Shown: positions 1 through 15,571 of the stretch, one piece after another
How positions within the stretch are numbered: position 1 is the first letter of the stretch
Layout of the letters: each line of letters opens with the position of its first letter
Assembly (NCBI RefSeq): GCF_009914755.1
Contig: NC_060947.1
Reading direction: 5' to 3' (one strand)
DNA from: the human T2T-CHM13v2.0 reference genome, Homo sapiens
DNA length: 64,000 bases
Made by a program: the position numbers and the translations under genes
Notes under the pieces: model-generated
The model's database searches: none
Seen by the model: only the letters and a program-made list of their open reading frames with translations
What the model was told of the DNA's origin: nothing

Positions 1-340
1 TGTCTCTTTCTTGGCTGTGCATCCAATTGGTGGCTATCATTCTTTAACTGGTTTCAGAATTTCTATACTATTTATTTAGTCAGTCTATAGCTGTTTTCTT
101 AATGTTTTCATGGGGGAATGATGAACTGTGACTTCCTAGACTGTACCTTTTAGACATCACTCTCAAAGGCATATTTTAAGATCTAAAAAGTGCTTAGCAT
201 GACTCTCATCTTTTCAAATACATTGAATATATTAACTTAAGGCAAAAAATTAACATATTTAGAAAAGGTTAAAAAAGGAGAAAATATGAGAGCATGCTCA
301 AGTAACTTACTACTATGCAGACATCTGGAATTTTAAAATA

Positions 341-404
341 GTGATCCTCCCGCCTTGGTATCCCAAAGTCCTGGGATTACAGGAGTGAGCCACCACACCA
401 GGCC
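341..404 (-). mobile_element. Alu 5' stub (first ~64 nt of the left monomer)
   Basis: gtgatcctcccgccttggtatcccaaagtcctgggattacaggagtgagccaccacaccaggcc is the reverse complement of the Alu 5' end; the rest of the Alu is absent. Confidence 0.85.
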
Positions 405-2383
405 TAAATTTTTAATGTGGTTGTTTGGTTTTATGCTTGTTAATTTGCTTTACTTTCTTATAGATGCTAAATGTTAGGCCTTTGTCAGTTGCATAGTTTA
501 CAAAAATTTTCTCTCATTCTGTAGGTTGTCTGTTTACTCTGTTGATTATTTTGCTATGCAGAAGCTCTTTAATTAGGTCCCATTTGTCATTTTTTGTTGT
601 TGTTGCAATTGCTTTTCATGTCCTTGTTATGAAATCTTTGCTGGGTCCTATGTCCAAAATGATATTTCCTAAGTTATCTTCCAGGGTTTTTAAATTTTTA
701 GGTTTTACATTTAAATATGTAATCCATTTTCAGTTGATTTTTCTATATGGTGTAAGGAAGGAGGTCCTGTTTCAGTTTTCCACACATTGCTAGCTAGTTT
801 ATCCCAGCACGATTTATTGAATAGAAGTCCTTTTTCCATTGCTTAATTTTGAAACTTTCTCAAAGATCAGATGGTTGTAGTTGTATAGCATTATTTGTGG
901 GTTGTCTATTCTTTTATTGATCTATGTATCTGTTTTTATATCAGAAGTATGCTGTTTTGATTACTGTAGCCTTGCAATATTGTTTGAAGTCAGGTAATGT
1001 GACACATCCAGCTTTGTTCTTTTTGCTTAGGATTGCTGTGTCTATTTGGGCTTTTTTGTGGTTCCACAGGAATTTTTTTAAGTTTTTTTTTTTTTAAATT
1101 CTGTGAAGAATGCAATTTGTAGTTTGAAAAAAATACTATTGAATCTGTAAATTGCTTTGTGCAGTAAAGCCATTTTAACAATATTGATTCTGTCTTTTAT
1201 GAACATGAAATGTCTTTCCATTCATTTGTGACATCTCTGATTTTTTGAGCAGTATTATGTAATTTTCATTGTGGGGATCTGTTACTTCTCTGATTAGCTG
1301 TATTCCTAGGTATTTTATTTTTCTCATTGTGAATGGGATTGCATTCTTCATTTGGCTCTCAGCTTGGATGTTGGTGTTATATAGAAATGCAACTGATTTT
1401 CATACATTGCCCTTGTATCATTTAACTTTGCTTACATTGTTTATCACATCAAGAAACTTTTGGGCAGAGGCTATGGGGTTTTCTAGGTATAGAATAATAT
1501 AATCTAAAAAAAAGGATAGTTGGACTTCCTTTCTTTCTATTTTGATGCCTATTATTTCTTTCTCTTATCTAATTGCTCTGGCTAGGACTTCCAGTAAAAT
1601 GTTTGAGTGGTGAGAGAGAGCATTAATGTCTTGGCCTGCTTCTCAAGGGAATGTTTCCAGCTTTTGTCCCTTCAATGTGATGTTGGCCATGGATTTATCA
1701 TAGATAAATTTTATTATTTTGAAGTATGTTCTTTTAATTATTTTGAAGTAAAGTTTCTAGTTTTTTGAAGATTTTTAACAAGCAAGGAGTTGAATTTTAT
1801 CTAAAACCTTTTCTGAATCTATTGAGATGATCATGTAGTCTTTGTTTTTCGTTCTGCTTATGGGATGAATTAAATTTATTTATTTACATATGTTAAACCA
1901 ACCTTGCATCTCAGGGGTAAAAACCAACTTGATTATGGTGGATAAACTTTTTGATGTGCTGTTTAGTTTGGTTTGCTAGTAATTTGATAAATATTTTTGC
2001 ATCTATTTTTCTTCAAAGATATTGGCCTGAATTTGTGTGTTTGTGTGTGTGTGTGTGTGTATGTGTGTCCCAGGTTTTGTCATCAGGATGGCCCTGGCCT
2101 CATAGAACGAGTTAGAGAGGAATTTCTCCTCCTCAAGTTATATGGAATATTTTCAATAGAAATGGTACCCCCTCTTCTTTGTACATCTAGAAGAATTTGT
2201 CTATGAATTTGTCTGCTCCTGGGCTTTTTCTCTTTGGTAGGCTTTTTATTACTGATTCAGTTTTGGAACTCATTATTGATCTGCTCAAGAATTCAATTTA
2301 CTTGTGGTTTAATCTAGGAAGGTTGTGTGTTTCCAGGAATTTATCCATTTTTTTCTAGGTTTTTTTAGCTTGTGTTCATAGAG
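405..2383 (-). mobile_element. L1 (older L1PA/L1P-type) ORF2 fragment, truncated at both ends
   Basis: Continuous antisense L1 ORF2 sequence (e.g. cattctgtaggttgtctgtttactctgttga; tgtattcctaggtatttt; gaatctattgagatgatcatg) with many stops and frameshifts. Confidence 0.9.
2034..2068. repeat. Imperfect (TG)n microsatellite inside the L1
   Basis: tgtgtgtttgtgtgtgtgtgtgtgtgtatgtgtgt. Confidence 0.9.
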
Positions 2384-4839
2384 ATGAAAGGAAGAAATTA
2401 GAGAATGTGCCAACTTCTAAATCCATGTATTATTCATGCTCATAATGTAGAAGACATGCAGTTAAACAATCTCTAGACAAGTAATTTTCAGATAGCATAT
2501 GTTTTCCTGAAAATTCTCAGGCAAAAATGTAAAGACTACCAAGGAAGATGAGCTCTTTCAAATAGCCTTTCTAAAATTGTGAATAAAGTTCTAAAATTTA
2601 AACTCACAATAGAGTTTCCCCAACAGTTTGATTTTCTTCTTCTATGTGTATCTGTAAATAGAATTCTAGATAGATGCTTTAATGTGACCAAATCCATTTG
2701 ACAACTTTTCAAAATGTTATAAAGTGTGTGTGTGTGCATGCGCACATATTCATGTGTGCATGTATGTATGAGAAGGGAATAAAGAAGAGTAGAGAAAGAG
2801 AGAGGGATGACAATCCAGTACCATATCTGATTGTAATTGCCTATAATATACATTATCTTTATTTTGTAAGGCATTGCGATTTTTAACTATTATAACACTA
2901 TGAATAGGCCCTTAGCCAAATTTTGTGTGCAGAGTATGGTAGTAGAAATTTATAGATATAAAGATGCTCCAATTTTATAGAGTGAAACGTTAAAGATTAT
3001 TTACTTAGTAGCAGAACTATTGGTAGAATACAGATTTGCTCCCTTTTAATCTTGACCTTTTCACCTACCAATGGATCATTTGTTGTTTTCTTTGTATCAT
3101 GAAACATGTCTTTTAAAAATAGATATTGGTACAACCAGGAAGAACTGAGTTTAAGGCGTATTATATTGCTTGCACCCACAATGTTGAATTTCAAAAGATA
3201 ATAATACCTGGTGGCATATAGTAGTATCTCAGTGGTTTTGTTTCTGTGATATTAAGCTTAGTTAGTTGAAGACCACTAAAATAATATAATCTCCATAATT
3301 TTAAATGATTGAACTCTTACAGAATAAATTAAAAGTGCTATTAGTATTATTCAAGAGATTTTAGTGCATGAGCAAGTGAAATCAATGAGTAGATGTACTA
3401 AGACAACAACGCCTGACTCTAAAAGACCAGCACTTCAACTTTTATTTTATTTTCTATACTGTTGTATAAGAGTGCCTTAGTATTTCTGACAAATGGAAAT
3501 TATTGGTTAGAATTACAATTCTAACTATATGATGAATGATCAAATCATATGAAAGTTATTAGGTCAAAATATTATAACAGATAGGAGCAATTCCATGTCT
3601 AGTTCTAATCAAGTCTTTGGCAGATCTATCATTTTAGTTACCCTCAATAGAAAAAAATATAGAAATTGTTTTTTATGTAGCAGTTTTTGACAATTGGAAA
3701 TTGGGGAACCAAGTTGATTTCACTATTCATAGTATATATGTCACATTTTTACTCCTGGCTGTTGGCAATGCTTGTCAGTCATAGCCCTATGATTTTACTG
3801 TATGCACATTTTAATACTTTTAAAATGTAGATGGTGATACTGGTTGTTGTGGTGATACTGCTGGTGATAGAATATTGTTGCTATTTTTCCTCATATGTGG
3901 AATATGTAATATAAAATGTTTAAGGGACTATTTTTTTCTTTAGATATTTTAAATAACACACTATACTTTTTGTTCTGAAAATAGCTATCCTTTAATTTTG
4001 TTCTTAATTTATTAAAAATATTTTACAGTTTTACCTGGATACTAAATTTGGATAAGCTAATTTATAGAAAGAGTATGTGTGATATCTAAATGCCAAGAAC
4101 TACTTAAAATATATGATATGTTTGGTTGAGTGCCAAAATTGCAATGTGCCAATTTTCTATGAAATAATATGCATTCATGTGTGGGGTCGGGGGGATGATG
4201 CATTTAAGATGCCTCTTTTCTTCTAAGTACGTTTATGTGAAAATTGTTGTTGGAGACAGCAATCTTAGTTTCCTGTCATCTTGAATGAGTAATAGTCTAT
4301 TATTCAGATGTAAAGTGTAGAAAAGAGGTCATTCCACAACCCAAATATAGTTCAATGAGCTGCAGTATGATTGGTTGACACATCAAACATAAAAGCTTTT
4401 TATGCATTGATTTCTCTACATTCCTTGCAATAATTTATCTAATTTGTTTGATTGATTGACTCTTTGTATTGCAGTATGCATTTATTCAATAAAGTACCTA
4501 CATCATAAAATCAATATATAGTTGCATTCCTGCACTAAGTACCATTTTAGAAAGTGTGATTGAATTTCCACAGAAATTAATCAATGTGATAGATATATTT
4601 ATCATTTGGATTAGACAGAAAATAAGAAAAAAGTCGTGTGTGTCTTTTTTATTATAAAAATATATTTTTTATTTTCAAGATCTTGTTAGCCCTTAAATTT
4701 TATAAATTTTATATAAGGTAATTTTCAAAAGCACAGTATCTAGGTAATAAAAATTAATTATTAGTATTTTGAACCAAATAGGTCAAAAATTATACACAGT
4801 TTTTCAACTGAATAGGGAGTTGGTGCCCTTAACCTTTAT

Positions 4840-4870
4840 GTTCTTCAAAGGCACATATACATACATATAT

Positions 4871-4916
<46 letters not shown>

Positions 4917-5238
4917 GGAGAGTGGGAGAGAGAAAGAGATAAATTTTCAGAAATTGACTCAGGCAATTATGGGGTCTGGCAAGTCTGAAATCTGAAAGGC
5001 CTGTCAGCAAGCTAGAAAAGGAGACAAGATTTTCAAATTAGTGTTGAGGCAGAATTTCTTCTTCTCCAGTACACCTCAGTTTTACCTCTTAATACCTCCA
5101 ACTAATTGTGTGTTATTGAGAGTGGTATACTCCGCTTAAATTTAACTGATTACAAAAGTTAATCACATCTACAAAATATGGGTTGTGCAATTTGGCACCA
5201 AAGCCTGGCTAATAGGACATAAAAATTAATCATCAGCA
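4840..5238 (-). mobile_element. MLT2 (ERVL) solo LTR, MLT2C/D-like
   Basis: gaaattgactcaggcaattatggggtctggcaagtctgaaatctg, gaggcagaatttcttcttc and the terminal gcctggctaataggacataaaaattaatcatca match reverse-strand MLT2 as recalled; the internal microsatellite sits at the usual MLT2 position. Confidence 0.8.
4873..4910. repeat. (AC)n microsatellite, ~19 units
   Basis: Perfect acac run. Confidence 0.95.
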
Positions 5239-6239
5239 CATCATTTAAATAAAATAGATCATTGTTTTCCTTTTCCCTTTTTAAAAAGTCAGTTATTAGT
5301 TATGAGTACACTGTGTAAGAATAACATTAATTATATGGTTATAATAAATATATAAGAAAATAACTCATTGGAACAACTGACTGGTATTTGGCTAAGTTGT
5401 TACATTCTGGATTGCTTAATAACCAGCCTATAAATAGAAGCTATTAATTTTACATCACATAAAAGTAGATTTACCAAACTCTTTTTGGGGTCAAATGGAT
5501 ATATCAACACATTTTTTAATAATCTCTTTTAATCACTGATAATAACACTGGGACATAAGGTTTTTCATTTTTTTTTAACAAATTCCCTACCAAAACTATT
5601 TATAGCCTTATTTCTATCATAATATAATTGAAATTTTACCCAGCAGTTTATATAGTTTTACATTTGATAGCTTTTTATATTTGAAACACATTAGAAATTA
5701 ATGATAAATCTGCCACAAAATGTTATAGTTGTAATTTGTAAGTAAAGTAACATTTTAATTATCAAAATTAGCTGGATGATAATTGATTTAGCATTTTTAT
5801 ATTAAAAAGCCTCCTAAATGGTTGACTTTACACTTGATTATTAACAGAAATTTACATGTAAATTTTCAAATGTAGTTTTTAAAAAATATATGATAAAATA
5901 CACTTTTTGGGAAATGAATTTCCAGATAACATTACTTCTTGGAATCCAAAAAAATTGTAACTTCTCCTTTCTCCCTTATGACCAGAGATTAATAATCCTT
6001 GTTGTTACGCCTATTTTTATCAGTTATGTTGGATAAAAATTTACATCTATAAACAATATCACACTGCCTACAGAGATTATGATCTTGATATTTTGGCTTA
6101 TCCTTCATTGGTTCACACGTAATCTTTGAATTGGGTGATATCATATATTTTTATTATATATTACTGTAATAATCCTCCCTATTTTCCTTTCAATCTTTCA
6201 AAGCTTTTGTTGCTTTTTCCAAATGCTATTCATTTAGGC

Positions 6240-6433
6240 CAGTGTTTCTGAAAATTGTGTATGCATCTGAATCAGTTGGAAGTCTTGTTAAAACACAGAT
6301 TGCTGCACTCCATTCACTCCATTCTAAAGCTTCTGATTTACTAAATGCAGGGTGAAGTCCCAAAGTTTACTTTTCTAACGAGTTTCCATATGATATTGAT
6401 ATTACTGATCTGGGAACCACAAGTTGAAAAACT
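6240..6433. mobile_element. MER5A (hAT-Charlie MITE)
   Basis: cagtgtttctgaaa...cttgttaaaacacagattgctg...ttctaacgagtttcc...gggaaccacaagttgaaaaact; ~190 bp with degenerate terminal inverted repeats. Confidence 0.8.
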
Positions 6434-6630
6434 ATAATTTAGCCTTCCTGTTTCTTGAACTCCATGTTTTATGTCTGGTAAATGGGGAAAAGCTGAGAAC
6501 ACTAAGAAGGAATTAGAAAACATGAAAAGATTTTCTAGATCAGTGATTTTCAATCTTAGCTACACGTTAGAAATACTTATATAGCTTTAAGAAATAAGGA
6601 TGCCTGGATACTTCTTTCAGAGATTTTGAG

Positions 6631-7607
6631 TTTTTTTAATTAATTTTTTATTATACTTTAAGTTCTGGGAAACATGTACAGAACATGCAGGTTTGTTACA
6701 TAGGTAATACAGGTGCCATGGTGGCTTGCTGCACCCATCAACCCATCATCTAGGTTTTAAGACCTGTATGCACTAGTTATTTGTCCTAATGTTCTCCCTC
6801 CCCTTGACCCCCACCCCCGACAGGCCCCGGAGTGTGATGTCCCCTTCCTGTGTCCACGTGTTCTCTTTTTTCAACTCCCATTTATGAGTAAGAACATGCA
6901 GCATTTGGTTTTCTGTTTCTGTGTTAGCTTGCTGAGAATGATGGTTTCCAGCTTCATCCATGTCCCTGCAAAAGACATGAACTCATTCTTTTTCATAGCT
7001 GCATAGTATTCCATGGTATATATGCACCACATTTTCTTTATCCAGTCTCTCATTGATGGACATTTGGGTTGGTTCCAAGTCTTCACTATTGTAAATTGTG
7101 CTGCAATAAACATACATGTGCATGTTTCTTTATAGTAGAATGATTTATAATCCTTTGGGTAGATATGCAGTAATGGGATTGCTGGGTCAAATGGTATTTC
7201 TGGATCTAGATCCTTGAGGATTTGCCACACTGCCTTCCACAATGGTTGAACTAATTTACACTCCCACCAACAGTGCAAAAGCATTCCATTTCTCTACATC
7301 ATCTCCAGCAACTGTTGCTATCTGACTTTTCATGATTGTCATTCTAACTGGCATGAGATGGTATCTCATTGTGGTTTTGATTTTTGTTTCTCTAATGACC
7401 AGTGATGACAAACTTTTTTTCATATGCTTGTTGGCCACATAAATGTCCTCTTTTGAGAAGTATCTGTTCATATCCTTTGCCCAGTTTTTGATGGGATTGT
7501 TTTTTTCTTGTAAATTTGTTTATGCTTCTTATAGGTTCTGGATATTAGCCCTTCTTCAGATGGATAGATTGCAAAAATGTTCTCCCATTCTGTAGGTTGC
7601 CTGTTCA
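6631..7607 (-). mobile_element. L1PA8-like 3' segment (poly-A, 3'UTR, ORF2 C-terminus) of a 5'-inverted insertion
   Basis: Poly-T tract followed by 3'UTR with ctaggttttaag...tttgtcctaatg-type signature; ORF track 6871..7284 encodes [16 protein letters not shown]. Confidence 0.9.
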
Positions 7608-8824
7608 ATCAAAATATCCCAAAATAATAAGAGCTATTTATGACAAACCCATAGCCAATATCATACTGAATGGGCAAAAGCTGGAAGCATTCTGTTTGAA
7701 AATTGGCACAAGACAAGGATGCTCTCTCTCACCACTCCTATTCAACATCATATTGGAAGTTCTGGTCAGGGCTATCAGGCAAGAGAAAGAAATAGAGTAT
7801 TCAAATAGGACAAGAGGAAGTAAAATCATCTCTGTTTGTAGAAGACATGATTGTGTATTTAGAAAACCCCATTGTCTCAGCCCCAAAACTCCTTAAGCTG
7901 TTAAGAAACTTCAGTAAAGCCTCAGGATACAAAACCAATGTGCAAAAATCACAAGCATTCGTAAAATCCAATAATAGAAAAACAGAGAGCCAAATCATGA
8001 GTGAATTCCCATTCACAATTGCTACAAAGGAATAAAATACCTAGGAGTACAACTTATAAGGGACATGAAGGACTGCTTCGAGGAGAACTACAAACCACTG
8101 CTCAAGGAAATAAGAGAGGACATAAACAAATAAAAAAAAAATTCCATGCTCATGCATAGGAAGAATCAATATCAAGAAAATGGCCATACTGCCCAAAGTA
8201 ATTCACAGATTCAATGCTACTCCCATCAAGCTACCATTGACTTTCTTCACAGAAATTGAAAAAACTACTTTAAATTTTATATGGAACCAAAAGACCCCTA
8301 TACCCAAGACAAACTTAAGCAAAAAGAACAAAGCTGGAGGCATCACACCACCTGACTTCAAAGTATACTACAAGGCTACAGTAACCAAAACATCATGGTA
8401 ATGGTACCAAACAGATATGTGGACGAATGGAACAGAACAGAGACCTCAAAAATAACACCACACATCTACAACCATATGATCTTCTACAAAGCTGACAAAA
8501 ACAAGCAATGGGGAAAAATTTTCTTTTTTAATAAATGGTGCTGGGAAAACTGGCTAGCCATATGCAGAAAACTCAAACTGGACTCCTTCCTAACACCTTA
8601 TAAAGAAATTAAGTCAAGATGAATTAAATACTTAAATGTAAAACCTGAAACCATAAACACCCTTGAAAAAATTCTAGGCAATACCATTCAGGACCTAGGC
8701 ATGGGCAAAGACTTCATGACTAAAACACCAAAAGCAAATGCACCCAAAGCCGACGTTGATGAATGGGATCAAATTAAAATAAAGAGCTTCTGCATAGCAA
8801 AAGAAACTATCATCAGAGTGAACA
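7608..8824 (+). mobile_element. Inverted ORF2 (RT) segment of the same L1PA8-like insertion
   Basis: Sense ORF2 from [10 protein letters not shown] to catcagagtgaaca, ending where the minus segment begins in L1 coordinates. Confidence 0.9.
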
Positions 8825-8997
8825 TGCATTTGAATTTTTAAATTTCTTTGGGTACTTCTGATATAAAGCCAAAATTGAAATCCTATCTTCTATGTCAGTA
8901 GAGATTACAACTAACTCTTCTTACTATTAGATAGAAATGACAATGGGGTAAATCACATTTTTTTTGAGAGAAGACTTTTCTAGAAATATTCACATTT

Positions 8998-10018
8998 GGG
9001 GAGTGGAGCCAAGATGGCCGAATAGGAAGAGCTCCAGTCTACAGCTCCTAGCCTGAGCAACGCAGAAGATGAGTGATTTCTGCATTTCCAACTGAGGTAC
9101 CGGGTTCATCTCACTGGGGAGTGCCGGACAATGGGTGCAGGACAGTGGGTGCAGCACACCCTGCATGAGCCAAAGCAGGGCGAGGCATTACCTCACCTGG
9201 GAAGCGCGAGGGGTCAGGGAATTCCCTTTACTAGTCAAAGAAAGGGGTGACAGATGGCACCTGGAAAATCGGGTCACTCCCACCCTAATACTGCACTTTT
9301 CCAATGGGCTTAACAAACGGCACACCAGGAGATTATATCCTGCACCTGCCTTGGAGGGTCCTATGCGCATAGAGCCTCACTCATTGCTAGCACAGCAGTC
9401 TGAGATCAAACTGCAAGGTGGCAGCGAGGCTGGGGGAGGGGCGCCTGCCATTGCCCAGGCTTGAGTAGGTAAACAAAGCAGCCTGGAAGCTCGAACTGGG
9501 TGGAGCCCACCACAGCTCAAGGAGGACTGCCTGCCTCTGTAGGCTCCACCTCTGGGGGCAGGGCACAGACAAACAAAAGACAGCAATCACCTCTGCAGAC
9601 TTAAATGTCTCTGTCTGACAGCTTTGAAGAGAGTAGTGGTTCTCCCAGCTTGAGATCTGAGAACAGGCAGACTGCCTCCTCAAGTGGGACCCTGACCCCC
9701 GAGTAGCCTAACTGGGAGGAACCCCCCAGTAGTGGCAGGCTGACACCTCACACAGCTGGGTACTCCTCTGAGACAAAACTTCCAGAGGAACAATCAGGCA
9801 GCAGCATTTGTGGTTCACCAGTATCTGCTGTTCTGCAGCCACCGCTGCTGATACCCAGGCAAACAGGGTCTGGAGTGGACCTCCAGTAAACTCCAACAGA
9901 CCTGCAGCTGAGGGTCCTGACTGTTAGAAGGAAAACTAAAAAACAGAAAGGACATCCACACCAAAACCCATCTGTACGTCACCATCATCAAAGACCAAAG
10001 ACAGAGAAAACCACAAAG
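8998..10018 (+). promoter_or_regulatory. L1 5'UTR internal sense/antisense promoter with YY1 motif
   Basis: caagatggccg at 9010-9020; 5'UTR otherwise L1PA-like with many CpG>TpG changes. Confidence 0.75.
9188..9451 (-). pseudogene. L1 ORF0 remnant, interrupted by a premature stop after codon 24
   Basis: MAGAPPPASLPPCSLISDCCASNE* continues in frame as ..GPSKAGAGYNLLVCRLLSPLEKCSIRVGVTRFSR (ORF track 9377..9586 and 9188..9370). Confidence 0.75.
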
Positions 10019-11028
10019 ATGGGGAAAAAACAGAGCAGAAAAACTAGAAACTCTAAAAATCAGAGCACCTCTCCTCCTCCAAAGGAACACAGCTCCTCAC
10101 CAGAAATGGAACAAAGCTGGATGGAGAATGACTTTGACGAGTTGAGAGAAGAAGGCTTCAGAAGATCAAACTACTCCGAACTAAAGAAGGAAGTTCGAAC
10201 CAATGGCAAAGAAGTAAAAAACTTTGAAAAAAAAATTAGATGAATGGATAACTAAAATAACCAATGCAGAGAAGTCCTTAAAGGACCTGATGAGGCTGAA
10301 AACCATGACACAAGAACTACGTGATGAATGCACAAGCCTCAGTAACCGATGCAATCAACTGGAAGAAAGGGTATCAGCGATGGAAGACAAAATGAATGAA
10401 ATGAAGTGTGAAGAGAAGTTTAGAGAAAAAAGAATAAAAAGAAAAGAACAAAGCCTCCAATAAATATGGGACTATGTGAAAAAACCAAATCTACATCTGA
10501 TTGGTGTACCTGAAAGTGAAGGGGAGAATGGAACCAAGTTGGGAAACACTCTGCAGGATATTATCCAGGAGAACTTCCCCAATCTAGCAAGGCAGGCCAA
10601 CATTCAGATTCAGGAAATACAGAGAATGCCACAAAGATACTCCTTGAGAAGAGCAACTCCAAGTTCCATAATTGTCAGATTCACCAAAGTTGAAATGAAG
10701 GAAAAAATGTTAATGGCAGTCAGAGAGAAAGGTTGGGTTACCCACAAAGGGAAGCCCATCAGACTAACAGCTGATCTCTCGGCAGAAACTCTACAAGCCA
10801 GAAGAGAGTGGGGGCCAATATTCAACACTCTTAAAGAAAAGAATTATCAACTCAGAATTTCATATCCAGCCAAACTAAATTTCATAAGTGAAGGAGAAAT
10901 AAAATACTTTACAAACAAGCAAACGCTGAGAGATTTTGTCACCACCAGGCCTGCCCTACAAGAGCTCCTGAAAGAAGCACTAAACATGGAAACATATCCA
11001 GCCACTGCAAAAACATGCCAAATTATAA
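10019..11028 (+). pseudogene. L1 ORF1p, disrupted
   Basis: MGKKQSRK...; frameshift in the A-run near 10230, stop at 10461-10463 and a small deletion near 10990; ARREW and YPAKL motifs are present. Confidence 0.93.
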
Positions 11029-11091
11029 AGACCATCAAGGCTAGGAAGAAACTGCATCAACTAATGAGTAAAATAACCAGCTACTATCATA

Positions 11092-14923
<3,832 letters not shown>

Positions 14924-15571
14924 ACAATGAGAACGCATGGACACAGGAAGGGGAACATCACACACCGGGGACTGTTGTGGGGTCAGGGGAGGGGTGAGGG
15001 ATAACATTAGGAGATATACCTAATGCTAAATGACTAGTTGGTGGGTACAGCACACCAACATGGCACATGTATACATATGTAACAAACCCGTACGTTGTGC
15101 ACATGTACCCTGAAACTTAAAGCATATAAAAAAAAGAACTGTAACACTACAAAAAAAAAATTCACACTCTTTGAAAAATATTTAACCAAATATTAGAATT
15201 ATTTAAGCTTTGAAGTCAGAAAGACTCTTTATTCATTCATGCAATGTGTTTTTGAGATTGTCAGTTTTTAAGGTTCAGTGGTATAACTAAATCTGGAAAA
15301 GAAAACAGCATAGGAACAATGTTTGCAGAAAGAACTGCTACTCTTATCAGAATATTCTATCTTTATTCACTCTAGCTGGTAGACACCAACAAACTTCAGT
15401 TTCCATAAATAACATAGAATGTAGAATTTTCAGGTCCTGGTAGAAACTACTATTAACTAGGACTTCAATAAGAAACAAAAAATTAGCATAAAGAACATCA
15501 ATTAGCTGAATATGAACACATATGAATGAACGAAGTGTTTTTTTTTTCATCATGGGCTGCTGAAACCCCTA

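Larger units (their letters stand above)
6541..8886. mobile_element. MER5-family element (MER5A1/B-like) split by an L1 insertion; halves at 6541-6630 and ~8829-8886
   Basis: Left half cagtgattttcaatcttagctacacgttagaaat...gatgcctgg; right half tttttaaatttctttgggtacttctgatataaagccaaaattgaaatc. Confidence 0.6.

Noticed and set aside
2536-2886. Overlapping 112-aa and 62-aa ORFs
   Set aside because: Driven by TG/CA and GA simple repeats; no coding signature.
7597-7896. Chimeric ORF crossing the inversion junction
   Set aside because: A by-product of the twin-priming junction; TTG start and early frameshift.
14979-15000. G-quadruplex-like tract
   Set aside because: Standard L1 3'UTR G-rich tract.
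15231-15300. Possible L2 3' end (attcattcat); similar faint L2/L1M traces at 1-170 and 21800-22130
   Set aside because: Similarity is too weak to support by eye.
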